Assembly (NCBI GenBank): GCA_963674945.2
Contig: CAXXWQ010000004.1
Location: 1,152,001-1,216,000, forward strand
Direction of reading: 5' to 3'
Origin: an uncultured Desulfosarcina sp.
GTDB lineage: Bacteria; Desulfobacterota; Desulfobacteria; Desulfobacterales; Desulfosarcinaceae
Length of the DNA stretch: 64,000 nt
The translations under genes were made by a program, and so were the position numbers. This document shows, piece after piece, positions 20,685-31,028 of this stretch (the first letter of the stretch is position 1; each line of letters opens with the position of its first letter). Below the pieces are notes generated by a model. That model searched no databases. It was not told the origin of the DNA and was given only the letters and a program-made list of their open reading frames with translations.

Positions 20685-21134
20685 ATGGGTATCAACGTTC
20701 AATATTGGCACTGGCTCGTTTTCGGGATGATCCTCGTCATCGCCGAAATATTCGTTCCCAGCTTCACCATCTTTTGGTTCGGTCTGGGTGGCATCCTGGT
20801 GGCCGTTGTTTTACTGATTACCGATATCAGCTTCACCTGGCAGCTCTTCACATGGGCCATTGCATCGTGCGGCTTCACCTTTTTGTGGTTCAAATACATT
20901 CGGCCGAAGATGGCCGATCGAACCAGGGCAGGCCTGTCCCGTGAGGCCGCCATGGGTGAAACCGGCCAGGTCATTCGGAAACCGGACGAGAACCGCCGCG
21001 GTATCGTGCGCTTTACGACACCGCTGTTGGGATCGGAAGAGTGGTCGTTTATCTGCGAATCCCAGGTCGCGGTGGGAGACCGGGTACGTGTCGTCGATAT
21101 ATCCGGAAATACGCTTGTTGTGAAAAGTGAGTGA
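20685..21134 (+). CDS. NfeD family membrane protein (YbbJ-like)
   Basis: W..FGMILVIAEI..PSF..FWFG transmembrane N-terminus and OB-fold C-terminus; upstream of an SPFH gene. Confidence 0.9.
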   Translation: MGINVQYWHWLVFGMILVIAEIFVPSFTIFWFGLGGILVAVVLLITDISFTWQLFTWAIASCGFTFLWFKYIRPKMADRTRAGLSREAAMGETGQVIRKPDENRRGIVRFTTPLLGSEEWSFICESQVAVGDRVRVVDISGNTLVVKSE

Positions 21135-21156
21135 CCATTGGTGTAATAGAACGATA

Positions 21157-21361
21157 GAGGCGATTTCAAAATGTTCAATCGGGCTCAAGATCACATGTCG
21201 GGGCGCAGCCGAAAGGCGAAGACCGAAGGCGGGGTGAGGTGGCCGACCGCAGACACTCCGTTAGGAAGTGCCCTTGGGGTGCATACCTGTAGTATTTCGA
21301 GGATTGGACAACTCGCCCCAACGCCGATATTGAGCCTGAGGGGACTTTTTGAAATTGCCTC
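21157..21361. mobile_element. MITE-like element, family B (205 bp)
   Basis: TIRs GAGGCGATTTCAAAA / TTTTGAAATTGCCTC (14/15), extendable to 29/36; no coding capacity. Confidence 0.75.
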
Positions 21362-21382
21362 CACACAAGAAAGGAAGAAGAA

Positions 21383-22234
21383 ATGGCAGGACTGATTGTC
21401 GTTGCAGTATTCGTCGTATTGGTGATCGTCACCCTGATGTTGGGTGTCCGCATCGTTCCCCAGGGAAGCAAACAAGTGGTGCAACGGCTGGGAAAATACC
21501 ACAAGACCCTGGGACCGGGATTGAACATCATCATTCCCTACATCGATACGGTGGCCCATAAGGTAACGACAAAAGACATCGTTCTGGACATTCCTTCCCA
21601 GGAGGTGATCACCCGGGACAACGCCGTCATCATCGCCAATGCCGTGGCCTATATCAACATCGTCTCCCCGGAAAAGGCCGTATATGGCGTGGAAGATTAT
21701 CAGATCGCCATCCAGAATCTGGTGCAGACCAGTCTGCGCAGTATCGTGGGAGAGATGGATCTGGATGACGCTCTATCCTCTCGGGATCAGATCAAGGCAA
21801 AACTCAAAACCGCCATCTCCGACGACATCGCGGACTGGGGGATCACCATGAAGACCGTTGAAATCCAGGACATCAACCCATCGGCGACCATGCAGGCCGC
21901 CATGGAAGAACAGGCCGCCGCCGAACGTCAGCGCCGTGCCACGGTCACTCGGGCCGATGGAGAAAAAGCCGCTGCCGTACTCGAGGCCGAAGGTCGCCTG
22001 GAAGCCTCCCAGCGGGATGCCAAGGCAAAGGTTGTTCTTGCCGAGGCCAGCCAATTGGCCATCCAAAAGGTTACGGAAGCCATAGGGGATAATGAGATTC
22101 CCGTCATGTATCTGATCGGAGAAAAATACGTGGACGCCCTGAAAGGCCTTTCCACATCGCAGAACGCAAAGGTAATCCTCATGCCGGCGGAAATCCCCTC
22201 TTCCATCAGAGGTATTATCGGAACTGGAAAGTAA
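21383..22234 (+). CDS. SPFH/band 7 (QmcA/stomatin-like) protein
   Basis: N-terminal TM; VQRLGKY..L.PG, ITRDNA, LRSIVG, AERQRRA. Confidence 0.93.
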   Translation: MAGLIVVAVFVVLVIVTLMLGVRIVPQGSKQVVQRLGKYHKTLGPGLNIIIPYIDTVAHKVTTKDIVLDIPSQEVITRDNAVIIANAVAYINIVSPEKAVYGVEDYQIAIQNLVQTSLRSIVGEMDLDDALSSRDQIKAKLKTAISDDIADWGITMKTVEIQDINPSATMQAAMEEQAAAERQRRATVTRADGEKAAAVLEAEGRLEASQRDAKAKVVLAEASQLAIQKVTEAIGDNEIPVMYLIGEKYVDALKGLSTSQNAKVILMPAEIPSSIRGIIGTGK

Positions 22235-22364
22235 AACCGGGTCAAAACGGCCCGATGTTGGGCTTCCCCTGGAAGGGAAGATGTACTGCAATCATGGAAC
22301 CAATGAACGCTGAACTGGCCCAGATAACCAGCGTTTCTACACCTCAATAAACAGGTACCAGATC

Positions 22365-23459
22365 ATGAAGTTATTTGGAAAATCCAACCCCGATGAGAAA
22401 GAATCCGCGATAAAAGATAAAAATGCGAACCCGGCCGATGAACGGTTGACTCCGTTGCTATCGTGTATCCGGACCCTCTTCTACTTTATCAACGAATACA
22501 CCCTGGACATCAGTGAAATCGACGCCCAGGGATTCAGAGAACGATTGGCAAAACTTCAGGATCTCTTCCAGGAAGTTGAGAAAATCAATATCGTTACAGG
22601 GCAATTTGAAAAAAATAGAGAGACGATTCTGACCCACATCAAGCAGCAGAAGGCCTATCTTGGCGAACGAGAGGCCGAATTTCGTCAAATTATCGACCTG
22701 ATGACGGAGGCCATGACCGGACTGGACAACGAGAATCAGGATTTTTACGGTAGTATTCGATCCCAGGGAGAACGATTCGAAGAGATCACCCGGCTGGATG
22801 ATCTCAAACGAATCAAAAACGAACTGGTCCGGGAAGTGGAAAACATGCGGGCCATGGTGCGAGAAAAGGAAAGTCTCGATCAAAAACGTCTCGATGCCCT
22901 TTCCAGCCAGGTGGAGGTTCTGAAGAAAGAGCTGAACAAGGCAAGGCATACCGCCAATACCGACGGACTCACCGGTGTCTACAATCGCAAGGCATTGGAC
23001 AATTATCTGCGCAACATGGTGGAACAAAGTCAAATCACCCGAAAGCCGTTTTCCATTTTGATGATGGATCTGGACGATTTCAAAAAATTGAACGACACCT
23101 ATGGTCATGGGGTGGGGGATCGGATGCTGATGGCCTTTACCCAAAAATGCAGCGCATCGGTTCGAAGCGGCGACTTTTTGGCACGTTATGGGGGAGAGGA
23201 GTTCACCCTGATCCTTCCCAGTGCATCCCTTCGGAACGGTACGAAAAAGGCAAAAGAACTGTGTCGGTCCATTGCTTCTTCTCAATATGCGGCGGATGAT
23301 TCGCCAAATCCGGATGTTCTCTCCATTACCGTGAGCATCGGTGTCGGTGCCTACCGTAAGGGCGACACGGCAAAAAGCCTGCTGGAACGGGCAGATCAAT
23401 GTCTGTACAAGGCAAAAGCGGATGGCAAAAACCGTGTCGTTGCGGAAAACAGCATGTAA
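22365..23459 (+). CDS. Diguanylate cyclase (coiled-coil plus GGDEF domain)
   Basis: DGLTGVYNR, DLDDFKKLNDTYGH, RSGD I-site, RYGGEEF. Confidence 0.95.
   Translation: MKLFGKSNPDEKESAIKDKNANPADERLTPLLSCIRTLFYFINEYTLDISEIDAQGFRERLAKLQDLFQEVEKINIVTGQFEKNRETILTHIKQQKAYLGEREAEFRQIIDLMTEAMTGLDNENQDFYGSIRSQGERFEEITRLDDLKRIKNELVREVENMRAMVREKESLDQKRLDALSSQVEVLKKELNKARHTANTDGLTGVYNRKALDNYLRNMVEQSQITRKPFSILMMDLDDFKKLNDTYGHGVGDRMLMAFTQKCSASVRSGDFLARYGGEEFTLILPSASLRNGTKKAKELCRSIASSQYAADDSPNPDVLSITVSIGVGAYRKGDTAKSLLERADQCLYKAKADGKNRVVAENSM
23134..23191 (+). repeat. 58-bp perfect direct repeat, copy 1 (inside the DGC gene)
   Basis: CCTTTACCCAAAAATGCAGCGCATCGGTTCGAAGCGGCGACTTTTTGGCACGTTATGG is identical at 30103-30160. 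Confidence 0.95.
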
Positions 23460-23650
23460 ACCGAAAAAAATTAGATCGCATCTGACATATTAAGAACCGC
23501 GTTCTCATTGTGCATTACAGATGTGGTTTCAACTATTGCAGTTGAAATGTATGCTCCCGCCACATATTTTTAAGATCATAATTTGGACGGTAACGTGGCC
23601 AGGCGAAAATAACCTAACCACGTTACCGTTCACGTCTTTTAAGCTCAAAA

Positions 23651-26413
23651 TCAAATCTCAGATGGAGATAGCGCAACGGCACAAACCTTATACTCGGGAA
23701 TTGCACAAACCGGATCAAGAGCCGCGTTGGTGAGCCGATTGGCGGCAGCTGCGGCAAAATGAAAGGGGATAAATACTGTCCCCGGAATTATTTTCGGGGT
23801 CAATATGGCTCGAGCTTGGATCATTCCACGGCGTGAATAGATATTCAGCATCTCCCCATCGGTGATGTTCAATCGCGAGGCATCAGACTCGGAGACCTCC
23901 ACTCGGCATTCCGGAGCCCGCTCATTTAAATCGCCACTTTTCATAGTCATGGTTCCGGTATGATAAAGGTAAAGCAGCCTTCCCGTGGTCAGGGTGAACG
24001 GAAAGTCTTCATCTGTCTCTTCAGCCGGTGGGAAAAAATCAACCACGTGGAATTTCCCGAGTCCGGAGGTAAATTTACCAACATGAATAACCGGAGTGCC
24101 TGGATGATCCTCCGTAGGACAAGGCCAAACCAATCCATCGCTGTCTATGCGTTGATATGAGATTCCGGCATAGGATGGCGTTACCTGGCAGATTTCTCGA
24201 AATATGGCTTCGGCATCTTCGTACTCCATGGGCGCTCCCATGCGGGTGGCCAGGGCTGCAGTGATCCGCCAGTCATCGCGCGCCTGGCCGGGCGCAGGAA
24301 CCGCCGGCCGCACACGCTGAACCTTACGTTCCGTATTGGTGAAGGTCCCCGCTTTTTCGGCGAAACAGGTTGCGGGGAAAACAACATCCGCCAACTGGGC
24401 CGTCTCACTCAGGAAAATGTCCTGAACCACCAAAAAGTCAAGATTTTGAAGGCTTTTTTGCACATGGTTCAGGTCCGGATCCGAAACCATTGGATTCTCG
24501 CCGATAATGTAAAGGGCTTTGATGTCGCCACGTAACGCCATTGGGATCATCTCCGTAGCCTTCAATCCCATCTTCTCGGACAGGTGGGTGGTTTTCCAGG
24601 CCGCCGCCATTTTTTCGGCAACGGCAGCATCCGTAACCGGCTGATACCCACTGTAGACATTTGGCAGACAGCCCATGTCACAGGCTCCCTGGACATTGTT
24701 CTGGCCACGCAGCGGATTGACGCCACCCCCTTCGATTCCAAGGTTTCCGCAAAGCATGGCCAGGTTGGCAAGGGCTTTCACATTATCCGTACCGGTACTG
24801 TGCTGGGTAATCCCCATGCAATAAACGATGTTGCCAACGATTGCGTTGCCATAGATCCGAGCCGCGGCCACGATCTTATCGACCGGAATCCCCGTCATTT
24901 GGGATACGACATCCGGTGTATAGGGCGCAAGGGATTTTTTGAACGCCTCGAAGCCTTCTGTTCGGGTCTTGATGAATTGCTCATCATGCAAGTTTTCTTT
25001 TAAGATGACATGCATGAGACCATTGATCCATGCCACATCGGTCCCAGGCTTCTGGGTCAGCTTCAAAACGGCATGCCTGGCCAAGGGGATGTCCCGGGGG
25101 TCAACCACAATCAACTGCGCCTTTCCGAAGCGAACGGCGCGCTTAATATAAGTTGCCGTCACGGGATGTGTTTCGGTCGTGTTCGATCCGGCTACCAGAA
25201 TCACATCGGCTTTGCTCAAATCGGCGATAGGATTGGTCATGGCCCCACTGCCGAAGCTGGCTGCCAGACCCGCCACGGTAGAAGCGTGGCAGAGCCTTGC
25301 GCAATGATCAACATTGTTGGTCTTGAGCACACTACGGGCAAATTTCTGGGCAATATAATTTTCTTCATTGGTCATCCTTGCGGAACTCAACACACCGATG
25401 CTATCCGGGCCGCTGGAGTCGCGGATCGCCAATAAGCGTTGGGCGACATAATCGACCGCTTCATCCCAGGAGGCTTCACGAAAACCGCCGTTTTCTTTGA
25501 TCAACGGTTGGGTCAGACGGTCAGGTGATCCTATAAAATGGTAACCAAAACGACCCTTGACGCAAAGGCGGCCATGGTTGGGTGCGGTATCGACGCCGCT
25601 GACTTTGACTACCCGGTTTTCCTTGACGTGCAGGTAAAGCTGACAGCCCACACCGCAGTAACAACAGGTGGTTCGCACCTTTTGGGTCTCCCAAGGGCGT
25701 ACAGTGTACCGGACATCCTTTTCAACCAATGCGCCGACCGGGCAGGCCTGGACGCATTCACCACAAAAAACACAATCCGAATCCATAAGCGGCCGATCGC
25801 CGGCGGTAACGATTTTGACGTCCTTGCCACGAGAACCAAAGCTGATGGCCTCGTTTACCTGAATCTCGTTACAGGCCTGGACGCAACGGCCGCATTGGAT
25901 ACAACGTGAAAAATCCCGAACGATGAAAGGATTCACTGTTTCCATGGGATACCGTGTCGGTTGATAATCAATATACTCTGTGCTCACCTGATAACGATAG
26001 GCCAGGTCCTGCAAGCGGCAGTCCCCCCATACCGGGCATAATTTACCACTCATGTCCTCATTGGCCACCTTGACCTGCAGTTCCGACCACTTGTCATCAC
26101 TACCCGTTCGAATAGCGCAGTTGTGATTGCCCGAACTGAGCATTAGTTCAATGATCTGACGCCGAGCGCCCACAACCGCAGGAGATTCGGTCTTTACCGT
26201 CATGCCGCTTGTTGCCGGTGTCGTGCATGCGGTCAGCAGGGTTCTCGATCCTGCCACTTCCACGACGCAGATCCGGCAGGCACCGGTGGGGTTGGCATCC
26301 TTTAAATGGCACAACGTGGGGATGTCGATGTGGTTGCGTTTGGCCACATCCAATATCGTCTCACCAAGTGTAAATTGAAGTTCATTGCCGTTAATGAAGA
26401 TGGTTTGGCTCAT
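23651..26413 (-). CDS. fdhA: Formate dehydrogenase alpha subunit (Mo/W-bis-PGD, Cys-type) with N-terminal Fe-S domains
   Basis: 2Fe-2S (CRIC), CIQCGRC and CVFCGEC clusters, CCYCGVGC, HCARLCH active site, LRGQNNVQG, PEYKVCA. Confidence 0.93.
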   Translation of the reverse strand: MSQTIFINGNELQFTLGETILDVAKRNHIDIPTLCHLKDANPTGACRICVVEVAGSRTLLTACTTPATSGMTVKTESPAVVGARRQIIELMLSSGNHNCAIRTGSDDKWSELQVKVANEDMSGKLCPVWGDCRLQDLAYRYQVSTEYIDYQPTRYPMETVNPFIVRDFSRCIQCGRCVQACNEIQVNEAISFGSRGKDVKIVTAGDRPLMDSDCVFCGECVQACPVGALVEKDVRYTVRPWETQKVRTTCCYCGVGCQLYLHVKENRVVKVSGVDTAPNHGRLCVKGRFGYHFIGSPDRLTQPLIKENGGFREASWDEAVDYVAQRLLAIRDSSGPDSIGVLSSARMTNEENYIAQKFARSVLKTNNVDHCARLCHASTVAGLAASFGSGAMTNPIADLSKADVILVAGSNTTETHPVTATYIKRAVRFGKAQLIVVDPRDIPLARHAVLKLTQKPGTDVAWINGLMHVILKENLHDEQFIKTRTEGFEAFKKSLAPYTPDVVSQMTGIPVDKIVAAARIYGNAIVGNIVYCMGITQHSTGTDNVKALANLAMLCGNLGIEGGGVNPLRGQNNVQGACDMGCLPNVYSGYQPVTDAAVAEKMAAAWKTTHLSEKMGLKATEMIPMALRGDIKALYIIGENPMVSDPDLNHVQKSLQNLDFLVVQDIFLSETAQLADVVFPATCFAEKAGTFTNTERKVQRVRPAVPAPGQARDDWRITAALATRMGAPMEYEDAEAIFREICQVTPSYAGISYQRIDSDGLVWPCPTEDHPGTPVIHVGKFTSGLGKFHVVDFFPPAEETDEDFPFTLTTGRLLYLYHTGTMTMKSGDLNERAPECRVEVSESDASRLNITDGEMLNIYSRRGMIQARAILTPKIIPGTVFIPFHFAAAAANRLTNAALDPVCAIPEYKVCAVALSPSEI

Positions 26414-27031
26414 TCTCGGACTCCTCTGAACGCAGTTCTCCGAACCGCCGGCACGGAGGTGTTAAAAGTGAAAATAATCGTCAAACCGTTGGCCGTGAAT
26501 GAGAACATCCACTACCATCGGCGTCTGCTAAATACTGGCGGGGAACCGTGAAAAGAGAATATTCCGTCACCAGGGAATTACAATCGTGCCTGCCGCCCAG
26601 GACGGGCTAATGTCAGGCACCTCATGTAAACCCTATTCGAAGGATAGTTGATGGCATGGTGAAGTAATAATAAGGTTGAAATGTAAATGGCTTTACAAAC
26701 AAGTGTTTCCCTGAATTCAAATGATATACTTTGACTTGATCAAGCATATGGATGTAAGGACTTACCGATTCTTGGCATGAAATACAACCAAATTTTTCCG
26801 AAGCCTGATTGATAAAATTACAACCGCAATCTGATCCGTATTAGTTTGGCTCGCCGAATCGATCCGACAATATTTCTTTATTAAAACAGCATATTTTCCA
26901 CAACCTCCCGTTAAAGTGTTTAGTCGATTTTCAAAAGAATTACTTAAAATTACAATAAATGACACCTTCCTGTGTACAAAGAGGAGGAATAGTGATATCA
27001 CGGACGAAAAAAATCTACATGGGGATGGTAA

Positions 27032-27916
27032 ATGTTATTCGCAGTATCCGGTGTTGAAGTCAGCCCAAAAATTCCATTTTTAGTTGCATTCATAGTATCC
27101 TTCATGACCTCTATGGGCGGGGTTTCTGGAGCCTTTTTATTGCTCCCTTTTCAAATCAGTATTCTTGGATATTCATCACCTTCAGTCAGCGCGACCAACC
27201 AAGTGTTTAACATTATAGCAATCCCGAGCGGCGTTTACCGATACATAAGAGAAGGTCGTATGCTTTGGCCGCTCACCTATTCTGTAATTATTGGCACGCT
27301 TCCCGGTGTATTCATAGGCGCCCTGATTCGGATCGAATATCTCCCAGATCCAAAAAACTTCAAATTTTTTGTCGCAATCGTGCTGCTCTACATTGGATCG
27401 CGGCTTGCGATGGATGCAGCAAAAACAGGAAAGGCGCACTTAACTCTTTCAAAGGGTTTGAATGCTGTAAAAGTTGTTACGTCCACAATAAAAAAGGTTG
27501 AATTCGAATTTAACGATGAGCGTTATTGCTTTTCCCCTGTACTCGCTTCTTTCATTTGCTTTTTAGTAGGCATTGCAGGGGGTATCTATGGCATCGGTGG
27601 CGGAGCTATGGTTGCACCTTTTTTCGTGGCAATCATCGGTTTGCCAGTTTATACGTTAGCCGGAGCGGCATTGATGGGAACTTTTTTTACATCTGTCGCC
27701 GGTGTAGTTTTTTATCAACTATTGGCAGGGTTTTATCCAGGCAAATCGATCTCACCGGATTGGATATTAGGGGGCTTATTCGGTATTGGTGGCTTTTTAG
27801 GAATGTATATTGGGGCTCGAATGCAGAAATTCATGCCTGCCAGAGTGATAAAAATAATTTTAACAGCCTGTGTTCTTTTTGTTTCAGGAAAATATCTTCT
27901 TGATTTCTTTAACTAA
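27032..27916 (+). CDS. TauE/SafE family (TSUP) sulfur-compound transporter
   Basis: SMGGVSGAFLLLP and GIYGIGGGAMVAP repeats; about 8 TM segments. Confidence 0.88.
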   Translation: MLFAVSGVEVSPKIPFLVAFIVSFMTSMGGVSGAFLLLPFQISILGYSSPSVSATNQVFNIIAIPSGVYRYIREGRMLWPLTYSVIIGTLPGVFIGALIRIEYLPDPKNFKFFVAIVLLYIGSRLAMDAAKTGKAHLTLSKGLNAVKVVTSTIKKVEFEFNDERYCFSPVLASFICFLVGIAGGIYGIGGGAMVAPFFVAIIGLPVYTLAGAALMGTFFTSVAGVVFYQLLAGFYPGKSISPDWILGGLFGIGGFLGMYIGARMQKFMPARVIKIILTACVLFVSGKYLLDFFN

Positions 27917-28000
27917 AATTCTCTATTTCTTCAGTGAAATAATAAAAAAGCAATTTGTTCTTATAAAAAAGACCAGTCTATAAAACAAGGATTCAGACCT

Positions 28001-28726
28001 ATGAATAACGTTTACGACAAAATCAGGGTAAAGGGGCTGGAGCTGCTGGAAGATAGAAATCTTCTCAGCCAACCGGTTCGGGTTCGAGCACGCGCGTTGA
28101 GCACCCAGGAAGCAATAGGAAATCCCGAATCCGATGATTTTCCATTGCAAAAGGGAAAAGAAAAGCTCATGCAGGCTGAGTTTTTTGGTGCGAAAGGGCA
28201 AGCATTCACGGATCAATACGGAAATTTTGACGGGCTGGTTGAAGATATTTTAAATTTTGATCTTAAAAATAACTTCCGAAGGGCCGTTTTTACGGCCACC
28301 TTAAATGCTGTTTTGTGTCATTTGAAGCAGGTCGAAAAAACCGTTCACTGCCGCGATCAAGGACCGACGGATTGCGCTGCCGAATTGGTTCGCCATCTCA
28401 AAACAGCCCATGGGGATATAAACATTGCCCAGATAGGCTTTCAACCAAGGATGGTGGAATCTTTGGCTGCAAATTTTTCATTGCGTGTTATTGATCTGGA
28501 TTTGGACAATATCGGAACTGAGAAATTCAATGTCACGATTGAGGGACCAGAAAAGACACAGGATGCCACTCAATGGGCTGATCTTCTGTTGGTAACCGGT
28601 ACAACTTTAGTCAACGGCACGATAACTGAATTTGTGGGGGAAAAACCCGTTCTTTTTTATGGGACCACCATCGCCGGAGCCGCCTATTTGATGAATTGGG
28701 ACCGTTTCTGTTACAGTAGCGAATAA
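28001..28726 (+). CDS. Rossmann-like DUF364 family protein
   Basis: ADLLLVTGTTLVNGTI...LFYGTT motif. Confidence 0.75.
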   Translation: MNNVYDKIRVKGLELLEDRNLLSQPVRVRARALSTQEAIGNPESDDFPLQKGKEKLMQAEFFGAKGQAFTDQYGNFDGLVEDILNFDLKNNFRRAVFTATLNAVLCHLKQVEKTVHCRDQGPTDCAAELVRHLKTAHGDINIAQIGFQPRMVESLAANFSLRVIDLDLDNIGTEKFNVTIEGPEKTQDATQWADLLLVTGTTLVNGTITEFVGEKPVLFYGTTIAGAAYLMNWDRFCYSSE

Positions 28727-28738
28727 GAGAGCCGGACC

Positions 28739-29506
28739 ATGTTGCTCCTATTCTCAGGCGGAATTGCAGCTGGGATGCTTGGAGGTCTTCTCGGAATCGG
28801 TGGTGGCATTTTAATTATGCCCATTCTCCGATTTGTGATGGGGCTCGAGCCCGCTTACGCGGCAGGCACCTGTATTGTCGCTGTTTCTTTCACGACACTT
28901 AGCGGCAGTTTGAAACATTTCAAGCTTGGCCATATTGATTTTAATTCCATTTTGCCGGTCATCATTTCAGGCTTTCTTTCCACACTGTTCTTTTCTTTTC
29001 TTTTTTTCTATATTTCCAAGAAGGGAATTTGGCTGGATGTGGCCACAGGACTCGTCTTTTTATTGATCGCTGCGCGCATGGTCTGGGAAGGAATAGTCGA
29101 ACATTTTAAAAAAAGTAATACAACCAATTCTACATCAGGTATTGAAGGGCCTATTATGGCCAAAGCAACGATTGGAGTGGTGGCAGGTATATTGCCCGGC
29201 CTTTTGGGGATCGGAACTGGAGCAATTCTTGTCCCGGCCTTTGCCTTTGCCCTGCAGGCCCCAATTAAAATCGCCATTGGATCTTCACTGGCCTGTTTTA
29301 GTCTGAATGCTTTTATCAGTTCTTTTTTAAAACTGTTTCAAGGATTTGTGCAAATAAATATGCTTGTTCCTTTATGCTTCGGTACTCTAATTGGAGCTCG
29401 AATAGGTGCCACGGTAAATGGCAAATTGAATGCCCCCATTATAAAAGTATTGTTCGGTTTGGTCTTTATTTATGTAGCTTCTAAATATCTTATGATTCTC
29501 GTTTGA
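28739..29506 (+). CDS. TauE/SafE family (TSUP) transporter
   Basis: GGLLGIGGGILIMP and GLLGIGTGAILVP repeats; start may lie slightly differently. Confidence 0.88.
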   Translation: MLLLFSGGIAAGMLGGLLGIGGGILIMPILRFVMGLEPAYAAGTCIVAVSFTTLSGSLKHFKLGHIDFNSILPVIISGFLSTLFFSFLFFYISKKGIWLDVATGLVFLLIAARMVWEGIVEHFKKSNTTNSTSGIEGPIMAKATIGVVAGILPGLLGIGTGAILVPAFAFALQAPIKIAIGSSLACFSLNAFISSFLKLFQGFVQINMLVPLCFGTLIGARIGATVNGKLNAPIIKVLFGLVFIYVASKYLMILV

Positions 29507-29527
29507 CGATAGCACTCCGCTTTTTTC

Positions 29528-29950
29528 TCAGTGTAGAGGACTGATTTCCCTTGCGGCGGCCAACAAGGCCGTTACCTGTCCGGAACCGGCCGTTTCCAGG
29601 AAAAATTCGGAGACCCCGATGGCCTGATTGAGGATGCCACCGGGGTTGTCCCGAAGGTCCAAAATGAGTCCTTTCAGGAGGGATCGGTCAGTATCCATGG
29701 CGGCCAGGGCCTCGACCAGGTCTCCGGTTGAGTTCTCTCGAAAACTGGTGATCCAGACGTATCCATATCCAGGTTTCAGCAGGTTTGTTTTGATGCAGTT
29801 TTTATGGTATCCGCTGTACAGCTGAATATTGCGAATATTGCCGGTACGGCTGCGGGTCTGGACCGTGACACCTCGGGATGCCGCATTTCCGTCAGGCCGC
29901 AATGGGAATGACAACAAAAGACAGGAGATGAGCGTCAATCCTATTGTCAA
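29528..29950 (-). pseudogene. Chimeric remnant containing an S41 (CtpA/Prc) protease fragment
   Basis: GYVWITSF...GLILDLRDNPGGILNQAIGVSEFFL matches the S41 core, but the catalytic part and PDZ are missing and the N-terminus is unrelated. Confidence 0.7.
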
Positions 29951-30102
29951 TGTCGCTCAATTTGGGAATCGGTGGCAGGACATCCGCTCTTTCTTATATA
30001 ATGGCAGCCGCTGCCACCGACTGCATTTTTCTCTCAAGGCTGATGTTTGGTTATCATCAAGGCTGTCAAAAATTAAAATTTACGATGCGACCCCTTTCGT
30101 GT

Positions 30103-30160
30103 CCTTTACCCAAAAATGCAGCGCATCGGTTCGAAGCGGCGACTTTTTGGCACGTTATGG
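30103..30160 (+). repeat. 58-bp perfect direct repeat, copy 2 (orphan DGC fragment)
   Basis: Identical to 23134-23191; flanks are unrelated to the DGC gene. Confidence 0.95.
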
Positions 30161-30383
30161 TCGTATCCGTCGGCTTACTTGTCACTGCCTTGGTTGCTTT
30201 AGGATTGATAATGAAGTTCGGACTGTGTCCCAAACCCCTGAGGAAAAGTGTTTACCGCCTACATACCCAACCGTTGGTATTGGCTGCCATGGTGACGATG
30301 CTTACCATTGGGCACCTTATTGTCGATTAATCGTCGCTGAAATAAGTTTGGCGAGAATCATATAGATCGCAAAGGAATACAAC

Positions 30384-30950
30384 ATGATACGTTTTGCCAT
30401 AAAAAGGCTGTGGATACTATGCTTCCTGTTCACATTGATTTTATTGGCCACAGCGATCAGCGCCGACGATGATGGCAAAAAACATAGATATCGGGAGCAT
30501 CGACGTGGTGACACCAATCATTATGGGGGAAAATTCCTTACACCGGTGAACAACGCTGCCTATGCGGGTCATTGCGGCGCCTGCCATTTCGCCTATCAAC
30601 CCGGGCTGTTGCCATCTGACTCATGGCGCAAAATTCTTGAAAATTCAGATGATCATTTTGGAGAGGCCCTGGATTTAAATGCGGATGCCAAGGATGAAAT
30701 TTATGTTTATCTGACATCGAACGCCGCCAACATGTCATCATCAAAGATGTCGCAAAAGATATTGCATTGTCTGGATGGTCAGACACCTCTCAGAATTACC
30801 GATATCCCTTATATTCGCAAAGAGCACCATGAAATTGGTCGAAATGTTGTAAACCGCCCATCTGTGGGGTCTTTGTCAAATTGTATCGCCTGCCACCGCA
30901 ACGCAGATCGTGGCGTTTATGATGATGACCGGGTATCGATCCCGGAATAG
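30384..30950 (+). CDS. Diheme cytochrome c (DHC family)
   Basis: Signal peptide; CGACHFAYQPGLLP..SW, HFG, RITDIPY, CIACH. Confidence 0.9.
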   Translation: MIRFAIKRLWILCFLFTLILLATAISADDDGKKHRYREHRRGDTNHYGGKFLTPVNNAAYAGHCGACHFAYQPGLLPSDSWRKILENSDDHFGEALDLNADAKDEIYVYLTSNAANMSSSKMSQKILHCLDGQTPLRITDIPYIRKEHHEIGRNVVNRPSVGSLSNCIACHRNADRGVYDDDRVSIPE

Positions 30951-31028
30951 CAAACGTTCATCAACACTGTAGATATTCCCCTCGGTACCTTGAAAAAAGC
31001 TTCTCTGTAAAGCTGTGGAATTATCGTA

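Noticed and set aside
23651..26413. Selenocysteine-containing FDH
   Set aside because: The active site reads HCARLCH with a Cys codon and the ORF is uninterrupted
23134..30160. Autonomous integrative element or prophage
   Set aside because: No integrase, transposase or phage gene lies between or beside the repeats
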